From a virus (Duplodnaviria; Caudoviricetes): a DNA stretch of 64,000 nucleotides. Under the pieces are notes generated by a model that was not told where the DNA came from, did not search any database, and saw nothing but the letters and a program-made list of their open reading frames with translations. Location: positions 3,166-67,165 of the IMG/VR virus record IMGVR_UViG_2708743157_000002; one strand, written 5' to 3'. Below, in pieces: positions 48,127 through 57,026 of this stretch (position 1 is the stretch's first letter; each line of letters opens with the position of its first letter). Made by a program: the position numbers and the translations under genes.

Positions 48127-49411
48127 AGCGCGCCTCGACTGGCGTGATAAGGATTACTCCCTCTGTATCGGGGCGCGCGTAATCTCCGTTCGGTAGCTGA
48201 ACGCCATAAAATTGAGTACCGATGAAATCCATTATTCCAAGAACTCCATCACTCTCGCTGAGTTGGACAACATCGCCCTTCTTATATTCGCCAACCTTGC
48301 GTCCGATCTTCGCCCACTTCGCTTCTTCGGCTTGCTTGCGCTCGATCTCGGCGGCTTCCTCTTCGGATAAAATTTCGAGCTGATCTGGCGTTGCGAATCC
48401 GAAGCCTCCTAAGCAGTCTCCGCCTTCGATTCGAATGCGTTTGCCTCTCTTATGGTCGAAATTATTATCGTAAACATGGTAAATCTTACCATTCTCAAAC
48501 CCGTTTAGAGGGTACGCCCCGCCGCCCGAAAGCAATCGCACTTTTGCGCCTTTTTTAAATTTAGCGCGTGCTGCTTCGTCTTTAGCTTCGGCAACTTCTT
48601 CGTCAGTGGCGCGGACGAGCTCACGTTTCGGGACGTATTGACTTTTTCCGTCTGCAAGCCTGCGGGCAAGTTCATTATACGACGATCCAAAACGGTCTCC
48701 GATTATTTCAACGATATCTCCGTCAGTGAAGCGATGGTAATCGGTAGCATTAACCACCTTCGCATAATCACCGACCTTCAGGCGCTCAGGCTTCGGCTCA
48801 GCCTCTACGCTTGTGGCGCTTACTTTGCGGTAGACTTCGAATTCGTCATCGCACAGCACTTGTGTATCAAATTCGTCCCCATCGTCGTCAGTAATCCATG
48901 GATCTCCTTGCAAATCAACATAATCAATTTCGTAATACTTGCCCGAGGTTAGATAGCGTTTAGGAGCCTCATCGAACTTAATATAATCGCCATCCTGCGC
49001 TTCGCTTTTGTCAATCCGCTTATATTCCGCCTCACCCTTCAGCGCGGCCACGTCGGATTTTAACGATTCGATTTCGCCTTCCGCGCTGCTGACGCGTTCT
49101 TCTAATGACGGATTGGTGCTGACGGATACTTTGCGGAAGAGTACGCTCCCCGAATCATACAACGCTGTACTGTGCCCATCCCCGACATCATCTCGAACTG
49201 TTTCCCAGCCGTAGTCCTCGTCGATTACTATTTCGTAAAACGCGCCGACAGTTAAGTCGGCGCGTTTTCGATCATTAAGTACCAGATCGCCGACACTTCC
49301 GAATTCTTTAGCTCTCCCTTCCACGCGCTCGTAAACCGCCCCGCCATACGCAACCTTCGTAATTTCACCGTTCACCATATCGAGTGTCTTAACGCCGTTT
49401 AATTTCGCCAT
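48116..49411 (-). CDS. Phage protein with multiple SH3/KOW-like repeats
   Basis: Repeated (L/F/Y)K.GD.V.V units. Confidence 0.7.
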   Translation of the reverse strand: MAKLNGVKTLDMVNGEITKVAYGGAVYERVEGRAKEFGSVGDLVLNDRKRADLTVGAFYEIVIDEDYGWETVRDDVGDGHSTALYDSGSVLFRKVSVSTNPSLEERVSSAEGEIESLKSDVAALKGEAEYKRIDKSEAQDGDYIKFDEAPKRYLTSGKYYEIDYVDLQGDPWITDDDGDEFDTQVLCDDEFEVYRKVSATSVEAEPKPERLKVGDYAKVVNATDYHRFTDGDIVEIIGDRFGSSYNELARRLADGKSQYVPKRELVRATDEEVAEAKDEAARAKFKKGAKVRLLSGGGAYPLNGFENGKIYHVYDNNFDHKRGKRIRIEGGDCLGGFGFATPDQLEILSEEEAAEIERKQAEEAKWAKIGRKVGEYKKGDVVQLSESDGVLGIMDFIGTQFYGVQLPNGDYARPDTEGVILITPVEARFDR

Positions 49412-49846
49412 TTATACCGCCTCCGATTCGTTAATTTTCGTTATCTCTACGTCTTCGCGCCGAAAGTTCAAATCCATCCGAACCCACCGCTTTCCGTCCT
49501 TCGACTGCGGCCCCCAATACTCGGTAAGCTCGCGGTTCTCGAACATCCACACGGTAGGCACCGGATCGCGTCCGATAAGCACGCCGATAAAGTAATCGAC
49601 CTCATCGAGCTTATACGGTGTCCGGTCACTTTTCCGAGCCTGAACGATGAGGCTGCCGCGCTTCTTCCGATCATAAATCGTCTTCACCTGAAACGTTTTC
49701 CACTCGCCACTCAACGGATCTTTTGCGCTAATATCGAATGCCTCTTCCGTTTCGGACGTACTGACCGCCTGCCAGCCGCTAGCCAGCAGCGCAGCACGAG
49801 CGATCAGTTCCGAATACTTGCCGGTATCTTCTGCTTTATGCGCCAT
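49412..49846 (-). CDS. PD-(D/E)XK endonuclease
   Basis: G..SE.IA...L...GW.V, FDI, FQVKT, Y...EVDYF. Confidence 0.75.
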   Translation of the reverse strand: MAHKAEDTGKYSELIARAALLASGWQAVSTSETEEAFDISAKDPLSGEWKTFQVKTIYDRKKRGSLIVQARKSDRTPYKLDEVDYFIGVLIGRDPVPTVWMFENRELTEYWGPQSKDGKRWVRMDLNFRREDVEITKINESEAV

Positions 49847-49882
49847 ATAAGCGCCTCCTTTTCGTTTGATTGGTTGACGTGA

Positions 49883-50638
49883 TTAGAACGGTAATTCTTC
49901 GGAAGTAGGTTCGTTAGAGTCTGCCGCTTCTTTAGTCGCCGGAACTGGCGGTAACTTAGCGCGATCAATCTTCGCTTCTTCGTCAGCCTCGTGTAGTAAT
50001 CCGATGATGTCGGCTTCTTCACGGAAGTTAGCGAGCTCTTCGTATCCGTAATCAATTCCGATAAACTTTTTCGCTTCAGCCAACTGTTCTTCTGTCGCGT
50101 CTCCCGACTCAATAGAGAACGTTTTGTCTACCTTCTTGATATGAATCGCCTCTCCTACGAGTGAGTAATCCGGATTAAATTTGCGACCCATCTTTTCGGC
50201 TTTGTCATAGTCGGCTACAAGGTTGTTGATATGGAAATCCTTCGTATCAATTACGCGATACGTTTTGTATTCGAGATCGTAAACTGGAATCATTGCGTAA
50301 AGCTTACGCGGCGCTCCGACTAAGCAAGACGGACAAACTTTCGGGTTTGGCTTTTTAAACGCACCGTGATCTGGTCGGATTGCTTTCGGCGAGTGCAGAC
50401 AAGTATGTTTACGGAAGTGGTAAATATTTCTCTGGCCGTTGTAAGTGCTTTGTTCGTGAACATAATACGCAAACCAATCGTCCGGATCTGCGAGAATAAC
50501 GAATGTACGACCTTCCTCGTTTACTTCTCCGTGCTTACCCATGCGAACATATCGCGTTACACCTTCCGGAAATTCGCCCCCTGATTGCGCTGCTTCACGC
50601 TGTGCCTCACGTTGTTTCAAAGTATCTCTTAAGCCCAT
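49883..50638 (-). CDS. ssDNA-binding protein (gp32-like, Zn-binding)
   Basis: YYVH, KHTC...CPSC, acidic C-terminus EELPF; start refined to MGLRDTLK. Confidence 0.75.
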   Translation of the reverse strand: MGLRDTLKQREAQREAAQSGGEFPEGVTRYVRMGKHGEVNEEGRTFVILADPDDWFAYYVHEQSTYNGQRNIYHFRKHTCLHSPKAIRPDHGAFKKPNPKVCPSCLVGAPRKLYAMIPVYDLEYKTYRVIDTKDFHINNLVADYDKAEKMGRKFNPDYSLVGEAIHIKKVDKTFSIESGDATEEQLAEAKKFIGIDYGYEELANFREEADIIGLLHEADEEAKIDRAKLPPVPATKEAADSNEPTSEELPF

Positions 50639-50784
50639 TCGTTTTCCCCCTACGTTTTTATTAAGGCTTTTCGCCCTCGCAAAATGCCGGTGTCTGCGCC
50701 CGAAACGCCGCCAGCGCTTGGCAGTAGCGACGCGACACGGATTACCTAACGGCCGCCCCGACATTCTCCGAGGACGCGACGCGC

Positions 50785-50883
50785 CTATGATGCGTCGTCT
50801 TCGCCCGCTTGCGTCCACATGCCGAACAGTATTAATACGATGATGACGGTGGCAATCGGTCCCACCCACGAAAGATCAGACAT
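50785..50883 (-). CDS. Small single-TM peptide (32 aa)
   Basis: MSDLSWVGPIATVIIVLILFGMW; RBS aaggag. Confidence 0.5.
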   Translation of the reverse strand: MSDLSWVGPIATVIIVLILFGMWTQAGEDDAS

Positions 50884-51442
50884 ATGCCGCAACTCCTTTC
50901 TCAATCGATTCAATTTCGGATTTAATAGCGTTAGCTTTTTCATTAATTGACGCGTATTCAGAACGAGCAACGTCAATCTTTGCGTCAATGACTGCGATAA
51001 TCTTATGCGCGCGAGCTTTTGCGCGATTTAATTCGAGTTGCGCAATTTCGAGGTTCTTTTCCGCTAGCTGAATCGTTAAGCTTCGCAATTCTCGTTTATG
51101 GCGGACAATAAGTACGTCAGACTTTCGTTTAAGTACCGTCTTGAGTTCGTCAGGCAACTCGGTAATCAGCGGTGTACTTGCGGGCGGGCTATCTTCGACT
51201 GGCGCCAAAGGATCGGCCATCTTGTAGACGGTCACTACTCGAATACCATCGACGATCAATCGTGTTCTTGATTTAATATGATCGAACGCTTTTGTTCGAT
51301 GGCCCTGTTCGTTGCTGAGATCGCCTACATAGAAAGCCGTTTGCATTAAATTCCTAATATGCCCGGCGGCTTGTGGGCGACTTATCCCTAATCGTTCTAC
51401 CGCACGATCAACGGCGTGTCTTGTGACCTCGTAATGTTTCAT
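50876..51442 (-). CDS. Hypothetical protein with RelE-like N-terminus and coiled coil
   Basis: VTRHAVDRAVERLG...VVTVY. Confidence 0.65.
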   Translation of the reverse strand: MKHYEVTRHAVDRAVERLGISRPQAAGHIRNLMQTAFYVGDLSNEQGHRTKAFDHIKSRTRLIVDGIRVVTVYKMADPLAPVEDSPPASTPLITELPDELKTVLKRKSDVLIVRHKRELRSLTIQLAEKNLEIAQLELNRAKARAHKIIAVIDAKIDVARSEYASINEKANAIKSEIESIEKGVAAYV

Positions 51443-51600
51443 CCGACGCGCACCGCCTTAATCGGGGTTGCCGGTAGATAGTCGGCCGGATCTTCGTCGT
51501 GCGGCCATGCGCCATGGTAAACAAAATCGGTGAGTTTGCGCTCGTCTAGCGCTAAAAGCGTTTGAGATTCGTTAAATGTGGGTAAAATCGATGTATGCAT
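51439..51600 (-). CDS. Small hypothetical protein (53 aa)
   Basis: Manually translated MHTSILPTFN...; RBS ggagg; ATGA overlap. Confidence 0.55.
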   Translation of the reverse strand: MHTSILPTFNESQTLLALDERKLTDFVYHGAWPHDEDPADYLPATPIKAVRVG

Positions 51601-51743
51601 AGTACGTTAGCCTCCGTTATTTTAAGGATAATCGCACTAGGCCGAGGACATGTTCGCATCATTGTTCCCTTGAATTTGTTGACAATATGCAATACAATGA
51701 GGACGTAGCAAAGTCCTTCGGGCCTAGCTGCGTAAAGCGTGTG

Positions 51744-52379
51744 TTACACAGATAGAAAAGCGTTAAGTTCGCCGTGGTGAGAAGCGTCGAAATTTTTCGC
51801 TAAACCTTTGATTACACGTTCTACTTTTTTGTAATGGACGCCTACCTTACTGCCTATCGAAGCGTATGTAGGTCGTTCGCTTGCAAGATGCTCCTTAACG
51901 ATTGCAGTCGTTAGTGAGCAGGAATTTTCCGTTAGGGCCTGGATAAGTTGCAGCTTATCTTGGTCCGTTTTTATTTCTCCATCAATCATCGCAATTACGT
52001 GATCCTCCATTAGATCGTCGGAATCAGATTCGAATGTTGCAGCATTCTCTTCCGCCGAAGCATCTAACAGTACCCGTTTCTTTGCATAAGTCCCATTTTT
52101 CATTCGCGTTACATCGATTGCTGCTCGCGAAAGATGGAGCTTAAAATGGCCGACCACTTCTCTCGATCGAGTCTTATCGAACTTTTCAACGATCCACCAC
52201 ACCTTCTCGTTCAACTCGCTTACAATTTCATCGAACAAGATCGGACACCCTCGACCATATTTTCTAGCGAGATTCCGAACTAGCGGCCGGAAGAATTCAA
52301 AAACCTCATTGAACGAGTTTTGATCTCCTTTTTCTCGAAAATCATCAATCAAGATTATTAAGTTTTCATTATTTTGCAA
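51744..52379 (-). CDS. Phage sigma-factor-like transcription regulator
   Basis: Region-2-like GDQNSFNEVFEFFRPLVRNLARKY...VEKFDKTR; C-terminal HTH TYASIGSKVGVHYKKVER; start refined to TTG 52379. Confidence 0.75.
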   Translation of the reverse strand: MQNNENLIILIDDFREKGDQNSFNEVFEFFRPLVRNLARKYGRGCPILFDEIVSELNEKVWWIVEKFDKTRSREVVGHFKLHLSRAAIDVTRMKNGTYAKKRVLLDASAEENAATFESDSDDLMEDHVIAMIDGEIKTDQDKLQLIQALTENSCSLTTAIVKEHLASERPTYASIGSKVGVHYKKVERVIKGLAKNFDASHHGELNAFLSV

Positions 52380-52400
52380 TGTGATTTCCCCTTTCAATAT

Positions 52401-52430
52401 TAACTGCGAATGCACATATCAAGATGGACA
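52401..52430 (-). promoter_or_regulatory. Phage-specific 30-bp promoter-like motif upstream of the sigma gene
   Basis: TGTCC-17 nt-CGCAGTTA. Confidence 0.7.
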
Positions 52431-52506
52431 CATTCAGAAAAGATTTTTTTATTATTTTCTTCCATGACCATATATTAGCATATATATTTTGAAGTTATTT
52501 GAAAAG

Positions 52507-52550
52507 GAACAAGATTGTAAATTTACAGATATGTTCAAACATGTAAACAT
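52507..52550. promoter_or_regulatory. Overlapping palindromic operators upstream of the sigma gene
   Basis: GAACA-N4-TGTAAATTTACA-N4-TGTTC (52507..52536) and ATGTTCAAACATGTAAACAT (52531..52550). Confidence 0.6.
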
Positions 52551-52577
52551 AAAAAGAGGCCTGTTTGATACAGGCCC
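52551..52577 (-). terminator. aimP terminator
   Basis: ggcctg-tatcaaa-caggcc followed by tcttttt. Confidence 0.85.
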
Positions 52578-52587
52578 TTAGAAATAA

Positions 52588-52701
52588 TTATCCCCCTATT
52601 GCGTTTATTGCTACCTCCTTGCTGCCCTCATTAGCATTAAGCGCAAGCACTCCTGACACCAAAGCTACACACATTAAAGCAACAAATAAAATCTTCTTCA
52701 A
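52588..52701 (-). CDS. aimP: Arbitrium pre-pro-peptide MKKILFVALMCVALVSGVLALNANEGSKEVAINAIGG; predicted mature peptide INAIGG
   Basis: RBS aagggag, MKK plus hydrophobic signal peptide, EVA then a hexapeptide ending GG, terminator, directly after aimR. Confidence 0.9.
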   Translation of the reverse strand: MKKILFVALMCVALVSGVLALNANEGSKEVAINAIGG

Positions 52702-53863
52702 AAACAACATCTCCCTTTTCTACAGTTTTTAGGTTTTCTGTAAGGGTCTTGACAAAGTCGCTGTTCTCCCCGGACTGAATCATATCCCTTACAATAATAA
52801 CTGCGAAGAAAAGATTAGAAGTGGACACCAACTCGCAAAACTTTTTGTGTCTTTTTTCTTTTCCGCAACACGATTCGAAATATGTAGTCAGATCAGGATC
52901 GCCCATTTCTAAAATTGCTTCTTGAGCTTTATCCTGACTAATCTCATTATTACGAAACTTTTGAACAGCAAGAAGTGGTCTAGGCGCGTTGTCATCGATG
53001 CTACGGGACATCAGAATTTTCGCGAAATTGTAATTGTAGTATGCATACCCCTCTAATCTAGCTATCCCTGTTTCTTTCGCTGCGGATAAACTGCGCTGTA
53101 AGTAGTGGAGGCATAGTTCTTCATCATGCAGTAAATTAGTCATTCCCAGAATATAAAGAGCGTCAGAGTCGACTCTTTTGTTAATTTTAGCATTTAGTAA
53201 GATGTGTGAATAGTGCCTTGCTTCATCTAAATTATTCATAAATAGATGGGTAAATGCTAATACCTCTGAAACTCTGTACAGATAACATTCCTTTTCGAAT
53301 AATTGAGTTTTCTCGCTCATCTTTCGGATACGCTTCTCAATTTCAGAAGCCTTTGCGAGCACGTAGGAAAATTCTCGTCTTTGTAGTAAAGAAATACACT
53401 CATATATTTCAATTAGAAGCTTAAGTTTGGGGTTTTTAAGAGTTGTGAGTTTACCGATCTCATCATCGATCTCATAGAAGCTAATATCTCCTTTCATGTA
53501 ATCACGGATGAATGTGTAAACCTTGATGTATTTCTCTACAGTGGATTTCTTTTCATCTTGATATTTTTTTATATGCCTATCCAGCAGTTCTATATTTCTT
53601 GTAATAGCCGCATATTCAAATAAATTACGGATACAGTCGTCGCTATCTAGTAAATCGTACCAATTGGAGATGTGTTCAGAGTATTTGTTGCCATCAACTA
53701 ACTGTGTAAGAATAAGCAAACTTCTAAAAGTCAATTCGCGATCACCGTTCCGCAGGTTTCTAACCTGTTTCCCTCCCACTTTCAAATGTCGAGCAAGATC
53801 ATCGTCTGTAATGTCATCCCTGTCTTCTATACTATTAAACAAAAAATCCCGAACGGAATCCAT
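52637..53863 (-). CDS. aimR: AimR arbitrium receptor (HTH plus TPR, RRNPP family)
   Basis: N-terminal XRE-like HTH, FEYA...R..ELL motif, TPR-like helices; adjacent secreted peptide gene. Confidence 0.9.
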   Translation of the reverse strand: MDSVRDFLFNSIEDRDDITDDDLARHLKVGGKQVRNLRNGDRELTFRSLLILTQLVDGNKYSEHISNWYDLLDSDDCIRNLFEYAAITRNIELLDRHIKKYQDEKKSTVEKYIKVYTFIRDYMKGDISFYEIDDEIGKLTTLKNPKLKLLIEIYECISLLQRREFSYVLAKASEIEKRIRKMSEKTQLFEKECYLYRVSEVLAFTHLFMNNLDEARHYSHILLNAKINKRVDSDALYILGMTNLLHDEELCLHYLQRSLSAAKETGIARLEGYAYYNYNFAKILMSRSIDDNAPRPLLAVQKFRNNEISQDKAQEAILEMGDPDLTTYFESCCGKEKRHKKFCELVSTSNLFFAVIIVRDMIQSGENSDFVKTLTENLKTVEKGDVVFEEDFICCFNVCSFGVRSACA

Positions 53864-53891
53864 GTAATTTCACCCCTATTTGAATTAATGA

Positions 53892-53955
53892 ATGACTTTT
53901 ATCTATTCGTTAAGTATAATTGAAGTATAATAAAAATGTTTAGACGTGTAAACAT
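53892..53955 (+). promoter_or_regulatory. Promoter of the XRE genes with a downstream palindromic operator
   Basis: ATGACT-17-TATAAT; ATGTTTA-GACGTG-TAAACAT at 53936..53955. Confidence 0.65.
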
Positions 53956-53976
53956 TTATTTAGGAGGATTTTTAAA

Positions 53977-54186
53977 ATGGTCGATTTTTCCCCATTGTTC
54001 AAAACCTTAGAAGAAAAAGAAATGAACCTGAGCGACCTCAGACAGGTCATAAGCTCACGCACCCAGACCAGTATTAAAGAAAACCACATGCAAGCGAATT
54101 TAAAAATGTACATAGGCACTTTGGAAAAAATTTGTTTATTCCTTGATGTCCCGGTTGAAAAAGTCATTAGAATTGTTAAAGAATGA
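53977..54186 (+). CDS. XRE/Cro-like HTH regulator
   Basis: DFSPLFKTLEEKEM..SDL...TLEKICLFLDVPVEKVI. Confidence 0.88.
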   Translation: MVDFSPLFKTLEEKEMNLSDLRQVISSRTQTSIKENHMQANLKMYIGTLEKICLFLDVPVEKVIRIVKE

Positions 54187-54245
54187 TCTAATGGAAATTA
54201 ATACTTAATTAAGATAAAATATTACGGACACCTTTACGAATGGAG

Positions 54246-54485
54246 GTGTTTGTTACGTTTAAGGTCGGCAAATGTCGGATACCCGAACTATGCAAGAAAC
54301 GCGGAATTAGTCTCAGTCAACTCGCAGCAATGGTCGGAGTATCAAAAACGCAAATGTCTGATTACGTCAGCCTTCGGAATCTGCCGAGCATCGAACGAAC
54401 CTACAATATCGCGATGATGCTCAGCTGTGCGCCCGAAGATCTGTACGAATGGATTGAGGTATCCGACAGCAACACGGAGGGTTAA
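54246..54485 (+). CDS. XRE-family HTH repressor
   Basis: KRGISLSQLAAMVGVSKTQMSDY...PSI...IAMMLSC..EDLYEW. Confidence 0.88.
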   Translation: MFVTFKVGKCRIPELCKKRGISLSQLAAMVGVSKTQMSDYVSLRNLPSIERTYNIAMMLSCAPEDLYEWIEVSDSNTEG

Positions 54486-54501
54486 TACAACCTCCGCCGA
54501 C

Positions 54502-55497
54502 CTAAAGTACGGGAATTCCCGAACCTAAACGTAAAGTATCTCTCACGACCTCCGCACGATCATACACGTCTCGCAACGCTTCTGTACCGCGCTTTATAAG
54601 TAGTTCATCAGCGTCTTTCACCTCCGTAATATAACCGTGCGCAAGCCGCACCTTTCCGATCAAATAACGCTCAATCTCCCGCCGTAACTTTTCGCCAGCT
54701 TTGTCGTTATCTGTAACCACCGTTAAATATTCGATGGGTGACTGCGCAATTATGTCCGCCTTTTGTAAATTAAATGTGCTGCCGCCGGTTCCGATCGCCG
54801 GTATTCCCGCTGACCGCCACGCCATAGCATCGATCTCGGCCTCGCATATCACTGCGCTTTTAAGCCGCTGCGCATACACGATATCCATTCCGTAAACTAA
54901 ATACCGGATAGGCATGCCGCCTTTTACGTACCAGAACGCCTTCCCCTTCGTTGCCCTATACTTAACGTTAGCCAGCCGCCCGTTAGGAAGCCGCCAAGGA
55001 ATCGCGACTGCATTTCCCGCAAGCGCTACGCCGGCCTCTTCTTGTACCGCGCCCGCAATGCCCCGGCCCGTCAGGTAAGCGTTAGGCCCCAGCGTTGTGT
55101 CAACGAGGACCGATTCCGCTAAAGGTTCCGGCTTCGTGACGGCCTTTAATTTCGGAAGTCGCAGCGCCATACGCCCGCCTTCAGCCGCCGGTGCATACGT
55201 TTCCAATAAGTAATCGATTGCGTCGTCTTCGGTTTCGCCACGCAGGAAAGCGAGCAGTTTAACGAACCCGCCTCGCGCAAATTCTTCATCATAGGCGCCC
55301 GAGTCGCCCCAATAGCCGGCTTTTGCCGACGCTGTGTCTTCGAGGTATACGTAAAAGCTCGGAGTCCGATCGTATCTGAATGGACTGGCGGCCAGTAGGC
55401 GTTCATCGCCCCACGTCGGCCGGGTCCAGTCGAATTGTTCGAGTTCATACCGAATGTCGACGTCTACAAAACGTCCATTCAAAGTTAATATCGGCAA
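54502..55497 (-). CDS. DNA primase (TOPRIM)
   Basis: SPFR.D..PSF, YL..RGI, ICEAEIDA, TDNDKAG, KDADE. Confidence 0.9.
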   Translation of the reverse strand: MPILTLNGRFVDVDIRYELEQFDWTRPTWGDERLLAASPFRYDRTPSFYVYLEDTASAKAGYWGDSGAYDEEFARGGFVKLLAFLRGETEDDAIDYLLETYAPAAEGGRMALRLPKLKAVTKPEPLAESVLVDTTLGPNAYLTGRGIAGAVQEEAGVALAGNAVAIPWRLPNGRLANVKYRATKGKAFWYVKGGMPIRYLVYGMDIVYAQRLKSAVICEAEIDAMAWRSAGIPAIGTGGSTFNLQKADIIAQSPIEYLTVVTDNDKAGEKLRREIERYLIGKVRLAHGYITEVKDADELLIKRGTEALRDVYDRAEVVRDTLRLGSGIPVL

Positions 55498-55631
55498 TTC
55501 GAGACACTTCCTTTCGAGACTTGTAAATTATATTACGACATTGTTACGAAATTTACAGTCGCAATTTGTCGAAACTATTCAAAAATTTAGATGTAATTGT
55601 TGACAATATCATCCGGTAAATTCCAATCAGC

Positions 55632-57026
55632 TTAGAAACCGAACTGAGCCGCAGCCCCGACGCCTGTTTCCGGCTGTTTTACGACGCCTATTTGCGGCAG
55701 GTAGATAATCTCGGCGACTTCTCCTTCGCCGCCGTCTCGCCCTTTATTCAATCCGATCAAGCCGCGTCCTTCTTTGGCGTTCGTATCAACCGCGATCAAT
55801 GTTGCCGCATCATGAAGCAAAGCCTTCGTTTTAGATACGGCCTTTCTTTGCGGCAAATTAAGTTCGCGACTACCGTCCTCTTCCCTTTTTTCGTCATCCT
55901 CATCGGCTTGTGTGATCGCAAAAATCGTTGCTTTCGTAGTCCCAGCCAATCTCCGCAATTTTTTCGAAGTCTCAGCAGCGTCTCCACCGGCCGTCTTTGA
56001 TGTATTACGTTCATAATCGAGATAGTAGAAAGGATCTACGAGTACCACATCGGCTTTTGTTTCAATGATATCCGACTTTAAATCTTGCAAAGAACGGGAA
56101 TAAAAATCTTCGTCGTCCACGCCCCTAACCGTAATGTTACCCGGAATGATTTCGTTAAGACGCTCAAGGAATTCCATAAACCCCGCTTCGAACTCTTCAG
56201 ACAGCTTTGCGTACTTTACGTCTTGCGAATTAAAGCCAGCTTCCATATCGACACCGTCCAGAGTCGCAGTCGTAACACCCATGGTTCCGGAAATTGACAC
56301 GTAGAGACGCACCAATACTTCGTACCAGCCCATTTCCATCGACCATATCAGAACGTTCGCCCCCTGCAGCGCACAGTTAGTGACCTCCTCTAATGATACG
56401 GCCGATTTACCCCGTCCCGACTTTCCATAGATCACGTACACGTTAGACGAAACATAGCCGCCCATAGCTCGATTAATAAAATCGAATTTACTGCGCCAGA
56501 TCCGGAAGGACTCGCCCGCCTTGCGGTTTCCATATTCCGTTTTAAACTTGTCGATGTCTCGTTTGATATCCGTTCCGACTGAGTTTCGAACGTTTGTTCT
56601 CATTTTAAGACTTTCGGCCTGCCCCGTCAACCACTCGAAGAAATTTCCCATATCACCGCTTTTTTGCGCTTCAATAAATCGTTTTTCGAGCTGCGGCTCC
56701 TGAACTTGGCGATTGGTTTCCGGATCAATACGGCCGTTCATCAGCTCGATAAACTCGCGCTCGGCCGCCCGATCCTTGAGATTTTTCGCAAGATAATCGT
56801 AGCTCGCCTCGATATTAAAATCCGGCTGGAAGTCCGGCACCTCATTTGCGACCATCTCGGCCGTCGGCGCTTGGCCTCGGTATTTCTCCGCGTAATCCAT
56901 GACGTACCGGAAAGCCTTGCGCTCACCCTGCGTTTGAAAGTCGGCTTCCGAAACATTGAATCGCAGCAGGGCGTTCGGGTCGTTCGCTTCGATGGCTTTC
57001 GATATTAGTAAAGTTCCGTAGTTCAT
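55632..57026 (-). CDS. DnaB-like replicative helicase
   Basis: GKSGRGKS Walker A, WSMEM, VLVDP, AITQA, KGRDG. Confidence 0.92.
   Translation of the reverse strand: MNYGTLLISKAIEANDPNALLRFNVSEADFQTQGERKAFRYVMDYAEKYRGQAPTAEMVANEVPDFQPDFNIEASYDYLAKNLKDRAAEREFIELMNGRIDPETNRQVQEPQLEKRFIEAQKSGDMGNFFEWLTGQAESLKMRTNVRNSVGTDIKRDIDKFKTEYGNRKAGESFRIWRSKFDFINRAMGGYVSSNVYVIYGKSGRGKSAVSLEEVTNCALQGANVLIWSMEMGWYEVLVRLYVSISGTMGVTTATLDGVDMEAGFNSQDVKYAKLSEEFEAGFMEFLERLNEIIPGNITVRGVDDEDFYSRSLQDLKSDIIETKADVVLVDPFYYLDYERNTSKTAGGDAAETSKKLRRLAGTTKATIFAITQADEDDEKREEDGSRELNLPQRKAVSKTKALLHDAATLIAVDTNAKEGRGLIGLNKGRDGGEGEVAEIIYLPQIGVVKQPETGVGAAAQFGF

Noticed and set aside
52431-52550. aimX ORF and a canonical 6-bp/25-bp-spacer AimR box
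   Set aside because: No RBS-led ORF, and no exact 6-N25-6 inverted repeat found by eye; only other palindromes
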